Numbered from the stretch's first letter, positions 18,820 to 28,697 are shown. The stretch: DNA of 64,000 nucleotides from Patescibacteria group bacterium (GCA_016861245.1 BOKZ01000001.1:615006-679005), one strand, 5' to 3'. Notes: generated by a model from the letters alone, not told the origin. Numbers and translations: made by a program.

Positions 18820-21800
18820 ATGGCACAAAAGCGTAAGAGTGATGACGTGAGTTTGAGCGAAATCGCTCTTAAACCGGTGGAGATTTCTGTCGATCTGCCA
18901 AGCGATAAAAAAGCAAAACCGGGGCTGAAAGTGACTCGTCGGTTCACAAAAGAGGGTGAAGACGTTTTCTCGACAGTTACATGGGAGAAACGGAGTTCTG
19001 TTATCTCCGACGAGAAAGGTAATATCATCTCCCAAATTAATGATATCGATGTACCGAGCAGCTGGACTCAGCTAGCTACTGATATTATCGCTTATAAATA
19101 TTTTCGCAAAGCAGGGTTACCAACGAAAGAGGGGAGAGAGACATCGGTTAAACAACCGATTTTTCGTATCGCTCATACGATCGCGGATTTCGGCGAGAAA
19201 TTCGGCTATTTTGCCAGCGCCAGCGACCGGCAGGCCTACGAGGAAGAGCTTATTTACCTACTCCTAACACAACGAGCGGCGTTCAACTCACCAGTATGGT
19301 TTAACTGTGGCTTATATCATCAGTACGGAATACAGGGTCAAGGCGGATCTTTCTATTGGGATTTTAAAGAAGATAAGGTTTTAGAAACAAAAACTGCTTA
19401 TCGTAACCCGCAATGTTCGGCTTGTTTTATTTTATCGGTTACCGACACGTTGCCGGGAATTTTTGAGTTAGTAAAAACTGAGTCGCATATCTTTAAGTAC
19501 GGCTCGGGAGCTGGCGCCAATTTCTCCACGCTTAGAAGTCGTTTTGAACGATTGAGCGGCGGCGGTTACTCAAGCGGGATGATGAGTTTTCTACGTGTTT
19601 TTGACCGTGCGGCAGGCGCAACTAAATCCGGCGGTACTACCAGACGGGCAGCAAAAATGGTGGTCGTTAACATCGATCACCCTGAAATCGAGGACTTTAT
19701 TGAGTGGAAGGTAAAAGAAGAGAGAAAAGTTCAGATACTAATCGACGCTGGCTACGAGTCGGATTTTAACGGCGAGGCGTACAGCACTGTTTCTGGACAA
19801 AATTCCAATAATTCAGTTCGGATTACCGACGAATTTATGCACGCCTACGAAAATGACGGCGAATGGCAAACCCGAAGTGTTACTACTAAAGAACCTATAA
19901 AAACATTTAAGGCCCGGGAGTTAATGGATCGAATCGCACAGGCAGCCTGGAAGTGCGCGGATCCAGGCGTTCAGTTTGATACGACTATTAACGAATGGCA
20001 CACCTGCCCAAATACCGATCGAATCAACGCCTCAAACCCGTGCTCGGAATATATGTTTCTCGACGACTCGGCTTGTAACCTAGCGTCGATTAACTTGGGT
20101 AAGTTCATTAACGAGAACGGCGAGTTTGATATTGCTGGTTATCGTCACGCTTGCCGCATAATGTTTATCGGCCAAGAAATAGAAGTAGATTTATCTTCGT
20201 ACCCAACCGCAACGATCGCTAAAAACAGTCACGACTATCGGCCGCTCGGCCTCGGCTACGCCAATCTTGGTGCGCTATTGATGCTTAAAGGCGTACCTTA
20301 CGACTCAGAAGAGGGCTTTGCCATCGGTGGAGCGTTAACCGCTATTATGTGCGGCCACGCCTATAAAACGTCAGCGGAAATCGCTGCCGTTAAGGGTCCG
20401 TTTAACGGTTTCGTACGCAACCGCGCGCCGATGTTAAATGTTATGAAGAAACACCGAGCCGCTGCTTATAAGATCAACGAGAAACACTGCCCAACCGATC
20501 TATTTGAAGCCGCCAAACAAGACTGGGACGAAGCGGTAGCGCTCGGCGAACAGTTCGGTTACCGAAACTCACAAGCAACGGTTATCGCTCCGACTGGGAC
20601 GATCGGACTACTGATGGATTGTGATACTACCGGTGTTGAGCCGGATTTTGCGTTAGTTAAATTCAAAAAGCTCGCTGGTGGCGGCTCGATGAAAATTGTT
20701 AATAACGCTGTCCAACAAGCGCTAAAAAATCTTGGGTACACGGAAACACAGCGTAAAGAAATTATCGACTACGCCGTTGGTACTGGTAGCCTCGACGGCA
20801 GTACACCGATTAATAGAGCCTCGTTAGTGAAAAAGGGACTACTTGATAGTGAGATCCAAAAGATTGAGGATTCATTAAAAAGCGCGTTCGACATTACCTA
20901 CGCATTCAACCGTTTTTCGCTTGGTGAAGACGCGTTTAATCGTCTCGGAATTACTCCTGAGATCGAGCAAAAATCGGGCTTTTCCTTCCTTAAACATATT
21001 GGCTTTACCGACTCCGAGATTACCCAGACAAACGAGGTTATTTGCGGTACGCAGATGTTGGAGGGGGCACCTCACCTAAAGGTTGAGCACTACCCAGTTT
21101 TCGACTGTGCTAACAAGTGTGGATCAAAGGGGACTCGCTATATTAAAGCGATGGCTCACGTTCATATGATGGCCGCAGTTCAGCCGTTTATCTCAGGAGC
21201 AATCTCGAAGACCATCAACATGCCGCACGAGGCGACAGTAGAAGACGTAAAAGACGTTTATATCCAATCCTGGAAATTAGGCATTAAAGCGCTAGCCTTG
21301 TACCGCGACGGATCGAAGTTGTCTCAACCACTCAACACGAAAAAAGAGGAGGAGAAAGAGGAAAGGTCGCAAGAAACTGTTGTTGTTTATAAGCCACGAC
21401 GCAGACGTCTTAGCGACGAACGCCAGGCGATCACTCATAAATTTAGTATTGCTGGACACGAAGGCTATATCACTGTCGGTCTCTACGAAGACGGTCAACC
21501 CGGCGAGATCTTTATCACTATGGCAAAACAGGGGAGTGTGATTAGCGGTTTGATGGACGCTTTTGCTACTTCGATCTCGATGGCGCTGCAATACGGCGTA
21601 CCGTTATCTGTTATTATCAGAAAATTTGCCAATAGTCGTTTCGAGCCGTACGGGTTCACTTCCAATCCGCAGATTCGCATCGCCAAATCGATCGTAGACT
21701 ATATCGCGCGCTACCTTGGAATTAAGTTCCTCTCCACCGCCGAACAACAAGAAATCGGTATTAAATCCGATAACCCTGCCGCTTCGAGCCAGGCGCCGCT

Positions 21801-22020
21801 TGAGCTAGAAACAAACGGACCGGGCGTCGCTGTACCGATTAAGCTCGGCGAAAGCGAGAAAGACGTAGAAGAAGATCAGGACGATTCTGACATTACCTCA
21901 CCGCCACCAGCAGCCTCCTCAGACGCTCCGCCGTGTCCAACCTGTGGATCGATGACAACTAAAACCGGTACCTGTTACACTTGTTTGTCGTGCGGTTCGA
22001 CTACCGGTGGCTGTAGCTAG
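18820..22020 (+). CDS. nrdJ: Class II (AdoCbl-dependent) ribonucleotide reductase with TSCPD domain and C-terminal Zn ribbon
   Basis: FNSPVWFN, QCSACFI, RRAAKM, NPCSE, APTGTI; C-terminal CPTC..C.SCG..GCS. Confidence 0.95.
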   Translation: MAQKRKSDDVSLSEIALKPVEISVDLPSDKKAKPGLKVTRRFTKEGEDVFSTVTWEKRSSVISDEKGNIISQINDIDVPSSWTQLATDIIAYKYFRKAGLPTKEGRETSVKQPIFRIAHTIADFGEKFGYFASASDRQAYEEELIYLLLTQRAAFNSPVWFNCGLYHQYGIQGQGGSFYWDFKEDKVLETKTAYRNPQCSACFILSVTDTLPGIFELVKTESHIFKYGSGAGANFSTLRSRFERLSGGGYSSGMMSFLRVFDRAAGATKSGGTTRRAAKMVVVNIDHPEIEDFIEWKVKEERKVQILIDAGYESDFNGEAYSTVSGQNSNNSVRITDEFMHAYENDGEWQTRSVTTKEPIKTFKARELMDRIAQAAWKCADPGVQFDTTINEWHTCPNTDRINASNPCSEYMFLDDSACNLASINLGKFINENGEFDIAGYRHACRIMFIGQEIEVDLSSYPTATIAKNSHDYRPLGLGYANLGALLMLKGVPYDSEEGFAIGGALTAIMCGHAYKTSAEIAAVKGPFNGFVRNRAPMLNVMKKHRAAAYKINEKHCPTDLFEAAKQDWDEAVALGEQFGYRNSQATVIAPTGTIGLLMDCDTTGVEPDFALVKFKKLAGGGSMKIVNNAVQQALKNLGYTETQRKEIIDYAVGTGSLDGSTPINRASLVKKGLLDSEIQKIEDSLKSAFDITYAFNRFSLGEDAFNRLGITPEIEQKSGFSFLKHIGFTDSEITQTNEVICGTQMLEGAPHLKVEHYPVFDCANKCGSKGTRYIKAMAHVHMMAAVQPFISGAISKTINMPHEATVEDVKDVYIQSWKLGIKALALYRDGSKLSQPLNTKKEEEKEERSQETVVVYKPRRRRLSDERQAITHKFSIAGHEGYITVGLYEDGQPGEIFITMAKQGSVISGLMDAFATSISMALQYGVPLSVIIRKFANSRFEPYGFTSNPQIRIAKSIVDYIARYLGIKFLSTAEQQEIGIKSDNPAASSQAPLELETNGPGVAVPIKLGESEKDVEEDQDDSDITSPPPAASSDAPPCPTCGSMTTKTGTCYTCLSCGSTTGGCS

Positions 22021-22032
22021 CGAGGCGGAGTA

Positions 22033-22578
22033 ATACCGATTTACACCAAAAAAGGGGATAACGGTGAGACCGGGTTACCCGGAGGACGACGGCTTAGCAA
22101 AGCCGATCGTCTCTTCGAGGTCCTAGGCGGCCTTGATCAAACCAGCGCCACACTCGGGTTGGCGGTGGCGCAAATAAAAAACAAACGGTTACGCGACGAA
22201 TTACAAAATATTCAGCGCCACTTTTTGGCGATCGGGGCGACGCTTGCCTCAGAAAAACCGTTAGAGATGCCAATAATTGCCGAGTTGCCGGCTCTAACTA
22301 AGCACCTGGAACACCAAATCGATATCTGGGATAAACAGTTGCCCGAATTGAAAAATTTTATCTTAGCCGGTGGCTCCGTTGCAGGCGCTACCCTGCACCA
22401 AGCCAGAACGTTTATCCGACAAGCTGAGAGGAATTATTATTGCCTAGACAGCAATCAAAAAATCCCTGAAATCGGCATATACCTCAACCGACTTTCTGAT
22501 TACCTTTTTCAAGCTGCGAGATATTACAATTTCCTCCAAAAGCAGCCTGAGGCGATTTGGAAGTACACAAAAGATTAG
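22033..22578 (+). CDS. pduO: ATP:cob(I)alamin adenosyltransferase (PduO type), non-canonical ATA start
   Basis: IYTKKGDNGETG lies upstream of the annotated TTG (22159); FILAGG, ARTFIRQAER, YLNRLSDYLF. Confidence 0.85.
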   Translation: MPIYTKKGDNGETGLPGGRRLSKADRLFEVLGGLDQTSATLGLAVAQIKNKRLRDELQNIQRHFLAIGATLASEKPLEMPIIAELPALTKHLEHQIDIWDKQLPELKNFILAGGSVAGATLHQARTFIRQAERNYYCLDSNQKIPEIGIYLNRLSDYLFQAARYYNFLQKQPEAIWKYTKD

Positions 22579-22623
22579 GTGTAATTGAGTTGACTTTCTG
22601 GAGAAAAATCGGTATAGTGGTGG

Positions 22624-22742
22624 CGTTAAGTTAATAGGGACGGTAGTGCTGGAAACGGTCGATCCCCTCCCGTCGTTTCCAGTACTACCGTCTTTAGAAA
22701 ATCAACAAGAAGCCCTCGGTTAATCCCGAGGGCTTCTTTATT
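22624..22742 (+). ncRNA. Candidate small RNA: 23-bp hairpin with CCCCUCC loop plus terminator
   Basis: TTGACT-17-TATAGT promoter (22590-22618); stem 22636-22658/22673-22695; terminator 22707-22742. Confidence 0.6.
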
Positions 22743-22773
22743 ATTACGACGACTATGATATCCTGATAGACAC

Positions 22774-23328
22774 ATGAGAAGCGAGTCAACCTCACCAACT
22801 GCCATCGTTTTAACCTGTATTGCTGCGCTCGGTAGACTAATCCCGCATCCCGCCAATATGACGCCGATTGGGGCTAGTAGCTTATTTGGTGGTGCGATGG
22901 TTGCCAGACCATGGAATTACTTATTACCGCTTCTAACAATGTTTGTAACTGATATTTTTCTCGGCTTCCACGCTACTATGCCGTACGTCTACGCCAGTAT
23001 TGCAATCGGGGTATTTCTGGCTGAATCGTTTCTAAAGAAGTCTGCGAACTTAAAACTTGTAGCCATCATCTCAGTTGTAAACGCTGTATTATTCTTCATC
23101 GTTACCAATTTTGGCGTCTGGGCAAGCTCAACGCTGTATCCAAAAACTACGGCTGGATTATACCAATGTTACGTTATGGGCTTACCGTTTCTGCGGAATA
23201 TGGTAATCGGGGATGTGTTGTTCGGCGTCGGATTCTTCGCCATGTATCAGTACGCTCACAAAACTGCAGTAAAAACCGCGTTTGACAATTGGGCGATCCG
23301 ATCGTTACAGTTGGCGAGGATTAAATAG
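22774..23328 (+). CDS. DUF6580-like putative vitamin (B12?) transport membrane protein
   Basis: RLIPHPANMTPIGA..LFGG, FFIVTNFGVW, Y..GLPF.RN motifs; sits next to nrdJ/pduO. Confidence 0.7.
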   Translation: MRSESTSPTAIVLTCIAALGRLIPHPANMTPIGASSLFGGAMVARPWNYLLPLLTMFVTDIFLGFHATMPYVYASIAIGVFLAESFLKKSANLKLVAIISVVNAVLFFIVTNFGVWASSTLYPKTTAGLYQCYVMGLPFLRNMVIGDVLFGVGFFAMYQYAHKTAVKTAFDNWAIRSLQLARIK

Positions 23329-23335
23329 GAGGAAT

Positions 23336-23614
23336 ATGAGCAACGTAACACTAATAGATTTCTGGGCGGCTTGGTGCGGACCGTGTAAAGTGATGCACCC
23401 GATCGTAGAAGAGCTCGAAAAAGAATATAGCGGTAAACTGACCGTTACAAAATACGACGTTGATGATCCTGCAAATCAGTCTGTAGTTCAGAAATACGAG
23501 GTTATGGCGATGCCAACGTACTTTATTGAAAAAGACGGAGAAGTGGTACAGCAGTTCGTCGGCGCTCAGAGCAAAAAGACTCTCGCCGACGCTATCGATA
23601 AAGTACTAAGTTAA
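23336..23614 (+). CDS. trxA: Thioredoxin
   Basis: DFWAAWCGPC; AGGAGG before ATG 23336. Confidence 0.92.
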   Translation: MSNVTLIDFWAAWCGPCKVMHPIVEELEKEYSGKLTVTKYDVDDPANQSVVQKYEVMAMPTYFIEKDGEVVQQFVGAQSKKTLADAIDKVLS

Positions 23615-26539
23615 TTGTTGGAACAGTTGAACGATTTCTGACTCTTCGTCATCGATAGGAAAATCTTTTCTTGAGAGTATCTCGTTGTAGGAATCTACAA
23701 CATCTCGCTTCATTTGTTTAATTTCGTCAGTAGTAATCTGAAAAACTTCGCAACGAAACGTCTTTTTATCATCGATAAATTGGATGGCGAATTCTTTTGC
23801 TTGATACGGAAAGAGTGGGTCGAGTTCGCACAGCATAGCGTAGAATACTAATTGCGCTTTCATTTTACCGTCAGAGTCCTGGGTTTTCCCTTCGATATAA
23901 TTTGCAGTTCTTGATTGTGAACCGGTTTTATAGTCGATAATTCGAACGTTTTTCGTTGTTGGGCTAATCGGTTCGATGCAGTCAATTTTACCGTTTAGCC
24001 AAATTTTTTCTAACATCACCTGGTGAGGTCTAAAACTGTACTCAGTCCCAAGCGGCCTAATCCATGTGGGGGCGTGAGAGTCGTAAAACTCACTTAATAC
24101 ATCGATGCCCTGCTCAAGAAAGGTGTCTCGGTTAGTGTACGGAATGCTCCTCTGTATCTCTTCTCTAAAGTAGAGGAGTAGTTTTTGCTTAGTCGGTAAT
24201 TTCTTGAACGCCTTGTAGTCTCGGTTAAAGCGCTCAAGGGCGGCGTGGACCGAGTCACCGTAAGCCAAGCTTGGCGTAAACGGCGTCGGTAACTTATATA
24301 CGTGTTTCAGTAAGTAAGTTCGTGGGCATGTTTTATAATCCCAGTATGCCGTGAACGAGAACGGGACTTGAGCCACACGCTCCCGGATAAAAGAGAGTTC
24401 GGCGGAGTTGATTGAGGAGTCGGGAATAGGGAAGAGTTGTTGAGTAATGAACCGGCTAAGTTGTGTTTCTTTAATCGTTAGCGGTTCCGATCGAGCAGTC
24501 GTTTCTATCTCTTTAACCAACTGGCTCGGAAGCTCATCACGACCATCAGCGCCGATTTGCGAATACGAAATAGTTAACTGCTTTCTTGCACGAGTTATCG
24601 CCACATAGAACAGTCGTCTCATATCTTCTAACTCATCATTATCAGTACCGGCCGCACCGATCAGCTCACTAGGAATTTTTACCGTAGAACGATTCGGCTT
24701 AACGCGCCAAACGCGATCGGTGGCATGAGGAATAAATACAACGTCAAACTCGAGTCCCTTTGCTTGATGGACAGTATTAATAAACACGCCCGCGGTTTCA
24801 GCGCGGGATCGATTAACTGAAAATGACAGACCGTACGTCCGATGTAGCTCAAGGTATTCGAGCCAATCAGAGAGTTGCGCGGTTTGATTTCGCTTGGCGT
24901 ACTCGCGACAATTTTCAATTAGCGTCGCCACTAACTCAAGGCTCGATAAGTGCTGCGGTCGCTTCCGAATAGCGTCGAGAACACCGCCACGATACAACAC
25001 CTCTTCGACAAGTTCCGGCACCGATAGCAGTTCTTGCCGGTGGTGCCATTCAACGAGACGCTCAGCCACATTTTTTATACCCTGGTTCGCGGTTTCAAGG
25101 GCAGCAGCGATTATTTTCTTCTTTGTTTCGCGAGCAGTATTAATTACCTCAATTACACTCAGCGCCTCTTTTGTACCGACAAGCGCTCGAAGCGCGCTGG
25201 CAACTGCCACATCGTTATTCGGATCGTTGATTGCTCGTAGTAGTTGGACTAACACTTGAACTTCTCTTTCTTTTAGCAAATCCGTACTTTGTAGGCCGGC
25301 CACCACCAAACCGGCTTTCTCAGCTGAATCACGAAAATCATTCGCTTCGCTATTAGTTCGAAAAAGTACCGCCATCTCCTCCCAAGCGATACCATCCTTG
25401 TGCAAACGGTTCAGACGATCGATGAGCGCAAAATGTTCAGCAATTTGGGTTGTAGCTACTAAAATATCTGGCTGTAACCCTGGGCTTACAGTTGCTTGTA
25501 GGGAGTCAGCGACGGCTGGGATTTGTTTTGAGAGTTGCTGGCTGTTGTGAGAAATTAATTCGTGAGCTGTTTCTAGAATTTCTGGAGAGCTTCGATAGTT
25601 TTGAGTTAGTGAAATCACTGTAAGATCGGGATACCTTCGGTAAAAATGCAGCATATTTGTCACTGAAGCGCCCTGGAAGCGGTAGATGGCTTGTTTATCG
25701 TCACCGACGACAAATAAATTTGGCGTCTCGAAAAAATCAGCGAGTAACTCGACTAATTTATTCTGAGCGTTGTTAGTATCTTGATACTCATCAACTAAAA
25801 TATATTGATACCGTTCCTGAAAATATGCTTTAACTTCGGCGTTTTTTTGTAGCGCCGAGAGTGCCAGTAGAATCATATCTTCGTAGTCGTAGACAGAGCG
25901 ACGTTCTAACTCTTTTTGGTACTCCGTTAAAATCTCTGCGAACTCGAGCAGGATCTGGCTCGTTCGTTTGTTCCGTTCAGCTTCAGTCTTATTTTTTACT
26001 TTTTTCCGACCGAGCGCTTGGACGTACGTAACTATCTGATTAACCTCGATCGCTTCCTGCTTAGCCGTCCTAATCGCGCTCGCGATATCGCGAACGTGCG
26101 CCGTTTCGCTTCGAAGTGGACGCAGTAATTTTACTGATGGATTTTTTTTAATGATCTTCTCAAGTAGTAGTAGGCGCTCAAGATTATCTAGTTGAGTGAG
26201 TGTACGAGCGGTTGAAAAAATATGGGGGAAGGTGCCGATAACTTCGTTAGCGAAACCGTGGAACGTTGCGATCGTTACTTGATATGAAACAGCACCGATA
26301 TATTTGGTAAGACGCTCTCTTAGAGCCACAACACCGGCTTCAGTGAAAGTAAGCGCTAAAATATTTTTTGCCGACAGCTGAGTGCTCTGTAAGATAGCTG
26401 CAATTCTAAGCGCGACAACTTGTGTTTTACCCGTACCCGGTCCCGCTACTACCATCACCGGGCCCTCAATCGCTTCGACAGCTTGTCGCTGAGCAGTGTT
26501 AAGTTTGCGCAACTCTTTTCTAAATCGGTTTTCGCTCAT
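23606..26539 (-). CDS. UvrD/PcrA-family helicase with C-terminal PD-(D/E)XK nuclease
   Basis: AGPGTGKT, VDEYQD, VGDDKQAIY, TVHQAKGLEF, YVAITRA; C-terminal GKID..IIDYKTG. Confidence 0.9.
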   Translation of the reverse strand: MSENRFRKELRKLNTAQRQAVEAIEGPVMVVAGPGTGKTQVVALRIAAILQSTQLSAKNILALTFTEAGVVALRERLTKYIGAVSYQVTIATFHGFANEVIGTFPHIFSTARTLTQLDNLERLLLLEKIIKKNPSVKLLRPLRSETAHVRDIASAIRTAKQEAIEVNQIVTYVQALGRKKVKNKTEAERNKRTSQILLEFAEILTEYQKELERRSVYDYEDMILLALSALQKNAEVKAYFQERYQYILVDEYQDTNNAQNKLVELLADFFETPNLFVVGDDKQAIYRFQGASVTNMLHFYRRYPDLTVISLTQNYRSSPEILETAHELISHNSQQLSKQIPAVADSLQATVSPGLQPDILVATTQIAEHFALIDRLNRLHKDGIAWEEMAVLFRTNSEANDFRDSAEKAGLVVAGLQSTDLLKEREVQVLVQLLRAINDPNNDVAVASALRALVGTKEALSVIEVINTARETKKKIIAAALETANQGIKNVAERLVEWHHRQELLSVPELVEEVLYRGGVLDAIRKRPQHLSSLELVATLIENCREYAKRNQTAQLSDWLEYLELHRTYGLSFSVNRSRAETAGVFINTVHQAKGLEFDVVFIPHATDRVWRVKPNRSTVKIPSELIGAAGTDNDELEDMRRLFYVAITRARKQLTISYSQIGADGRDELPSQLVKEIETTARSEPLTIKETQLSRFITQQLFPIPDSSINSAELSFIRERVAQVPFSFTAYWDYKTCPRTYLLKHVYKLPTPFTPSLAYGDSVHAALERFNRDYKAFKKLPTKQKLLLYFREEIQRSIPYTNRDTFLEQGIDVLSEFYDSHAPTWIRPLGTEYSFRPHQVMLEKIWLNGKIDCIEPISPTTKNVRIIDYKTGSQSRTANYIEGKTQDSDGKMKAQLVFYAMLCELDPLFPYQAKEFAIQFIDDKKTFRCEVFQITTDEIKQMKRDVVDSYNEILSRKDFPIDDEESEIVQLFQQLT

Positions 26540-26619
26540 CGAGGGTTAGTCTAATGCTTTTCGTAGTTCTCTCCAAGTCGGCCCCTTGACAATAATTTAC
26601 CGATCGTTCAGAATATTCG

Positions 26620-26882
26620 TACCTCGTCAAAGGCAACGCGACCGGAGACGAGCCGCGACCCACAGTCGCGGTGCAGCTGCTCCTTTCAGGAGCGCAACCG
26701 TACCTGGAAAGGTGACGACAACCACCCTGTCGGTAGAGACCACCAAGTGTCTCACAAGCCGATACGGTCCCCCCGCGTCTCACGCGGTAAGTGTTCGTCG
26801 TCGAACGGTCATCCGATCGGGCCCTGGCGCCCGAGCCCCCAATACCGCCCTCCTGTTTGGTGCGTGAGGGGGTCTTTTTTTA
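26620..26882 (+). ncRNA. Candidate ~260-nt structured ncRNA (unassigned)
   Basis: TTGACA-17-CAGAAT promoter (26586-26614), at least 8 GC-rich stems, terminal hairpin plus T run. Confidence 0.65.
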
Positions 26883-26894
26883 TACACTAACACT

Positions 26895-27602
26895 ATGAAT
26901 CAACCAGAAATCATCGCCGAAACTAACGACTACTTTGTAATAAACAAGCCGGCCGATATGGCGGTAGAGCCGCCATCAAAGCAAAAAACATTACTGGATT
27001 GGCTACTACAAACCAAAAGAATATCTACTGACGGCTGGGAACTGGAGAGTCGTTACGGCGTAGTTCACAGGCTTGATACCGACACATCAGGCGTTATTAT
27101 TTGGGCAAAAAACCCTGCATCACAACAAAACTTGAAACAACTCTGGCAGGGGAGAGCCGTTAAAAAAACCTATCTGGCATTGGTGATAGGGGAGTGTCCA
27201 CAAAACGGCACGATCGAACTTCCGCTCGTGCGCGATAATAAGAACGATCGCCAAGCCATTGCCTGGCTAACGGACCAGCGCGCTCGAGCGGCGATTACCG
27301 ATTACGAGCGAATCGCTATCGGCAGTATCGATTCGTTACAGTGTAGTTTAGTACGAGCGCATCCGATTACTGGTAGAACCCATCAAATCCGCGTTCACCT
27401 AAAGGCGATCGGACATCCGATTATCGGCGATGAGCTTTACGGCGAAAAATCGACCGACACGCTCGCTAAAAAACTACATATCAGCCGTCAGTTTCTTCAC
27501 GCAACCGAGCTTTGCCTACCAAACACAGATTGTTATCGCGCCAACCTACCGAAAGAGCTAGTCGAATCGCTTAGTGCTGCCGGGATCGACTACGTTGAGT
27601 AA
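26895..27602 (+). CDS. RluA-family pseudouridine synthase
   Basis: VHRLDTDTSG, TGRTHQIRVH, IIGD.LYG. Confidence 0.92.
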   Translation: MNQPEIIAETNDYFVINKPADMAVEPPSKQKTLLDWLLQTKRISTDGWELESRYGVVHRLDTDTSGVIIWAKNPASQQNLKQLWQGRAVKKTYLALVIGECPQNGTIELPLVRDNKNDRQAIAWLTDQRARAAITDYERIAIGSIDSLQCSLVRAHPITGRTHQIRVHLKAIGHPIIGDELYGEKSTDTLAKKLHISRQFLHATELCLPNTDCYRANLPKELVESLSAAGIDYVE

Positions 27603-27629
27603 CGGGGATCTTCTTGGTAAGATTCATCA

Positions 27630-28688
27630 ATGCGACACGCAGTAATTATGGCTGGCGGAACCGGAACACGACTCTGGCCACTTAGCCGAAAATCTACACC
27701 AAAACAGTTCCAGAAGTTAATTGGTGAGCGAACGCTACTACAACAAACTTACGATCGTATTCGCGGTATCATTGACCCAGAACAGGTTTGGGTGGTGACC
27801 GGCGAGCAGTATAAAGAGTTGGTTATCGAACAGCTGCCGGAGATTTTAGCTGCTCATATTATTACCGAACCAGTTGGACGGAACACCGCACCGGCAACAG
27901 CATTGGCAACCCTTAGTATATTAAAGGAAGATCCCGAAGCCGTCTTATTTGGCTTATTACCAGCCGATCATTACGTCGGCAAGCCGAAAGTCTTCGCAGA
28001 AGCAACCAAGGCAGTTTTCTCGTTTATCGAACAACACCCAGAATACGTGGTTACTATCGGAGTTCGACCGACCGAACCGAATACCGGACTTGGGTATATC
28101 AAAATGGGCGACAAGCTTGAATCGATTCAGAAACGAGCGATCTTCCATGTCGAATCGTTTCATGAGAAACCAAACCAAATAACGGCTGAGGAGTTTGTGA
28201 CGAGCGGTGAGTACTTATGGAACGGCGGCTACTATCTATTTAACGGCGCCAAAATGATCGAGTATTACGAGCAGCTTGCTCCGGAGATACTGCGAACTGT
28301 TGGCGAATACATCGAAGACCCGACTGTCGAGCTATATAACAGTGTTTCTTCTGAGCCGATCGATAAAGCGATCTCAGAGAAGCTTTCTAATTTAGCAGTG
28401 ATTCCGGTCGAGATGGATTGGAGCGATATCGGCAATTGGGCAACGCTACACGAAATTCTCTCAGAACAGGGGAAAAGTACTGAAGTCGTGATAGGGGATA
28501 GTATCTCAGATAAAACAAGCAACACCTTAGTAATGGGTGGAAGCAAATTAATTGTCACAGTAGGAGTGAAAGATATTGTTGTTATCGACACGGACGACGT
28601 CATTCTGATCTGCGAGAAGGGGAGTGTACAAGACGTTAAAAAAATTGTAGAACAGTTGCAGGAGCAGGGAAGAGAACACCTGCTGTAA
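27630..28688 (+). CDS. manC: Mannose-1-phosphate guanylyltransferase
   Basis: MAGGTGTRLWPLSR..PKQF, EPVGRNTAPA, WSDIGNW. Confidence 0.9.
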   Translation: MRHAVIMAGGTGTRLWPLSRKSTPKQFQKLIGERTLLQQTYDRIRGIIDPEQVWVVTGEQYKELVIEQLPEILAAHIITEPVGRNTAPATALATLSILKEDPEAVLFGLLPADHYVGKPKVFAEATKAVFSFIEQHPEYVVTIGVRPTEPNTGLGYIKMGDKLESIQKRAIFHVESFHEKPNQITAEEFVTSGEYLWNGGYYLFNGAKMIEYYEQLAPEILRTVGEYIEDPTVELYNSVSSEPIDKAISEKLSNLAVIPVEMDWSDIGNWATLHEILSEQGKSTEVVIGDSISDKTSNTLVMGGSKLIVTVGVKDIVVIDTDDVILICEKGSVQDVKKIVEQLQEQGREHLL

Positions 28689-28697
28689 TTCACACTT

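Noticed and set aside
18820-22020. Intein or intron in the long NrdJ
   Set aside because: No intein C/S...HN junction or LAGLIDADG motif was seen. The length fits the usual insert plus TSCPD domain.
22600-22770. Cobalamin riboswitch before the DUF6580-like gene
   Set aside because: No B12-box (GCCACUG, AGYCAGRANAC) or four-way-junction signature was seen. Kept instead as an unassigned RNA.
26520-26867. ORFs 26586..26867 (+) and 26520..26783 (-)
   Set aside because: The + ORF starts at the -35 hexamer. Both have Arg/Ala-rich non-protein-like composition and overlie a hairpin-dense RNA candidate.
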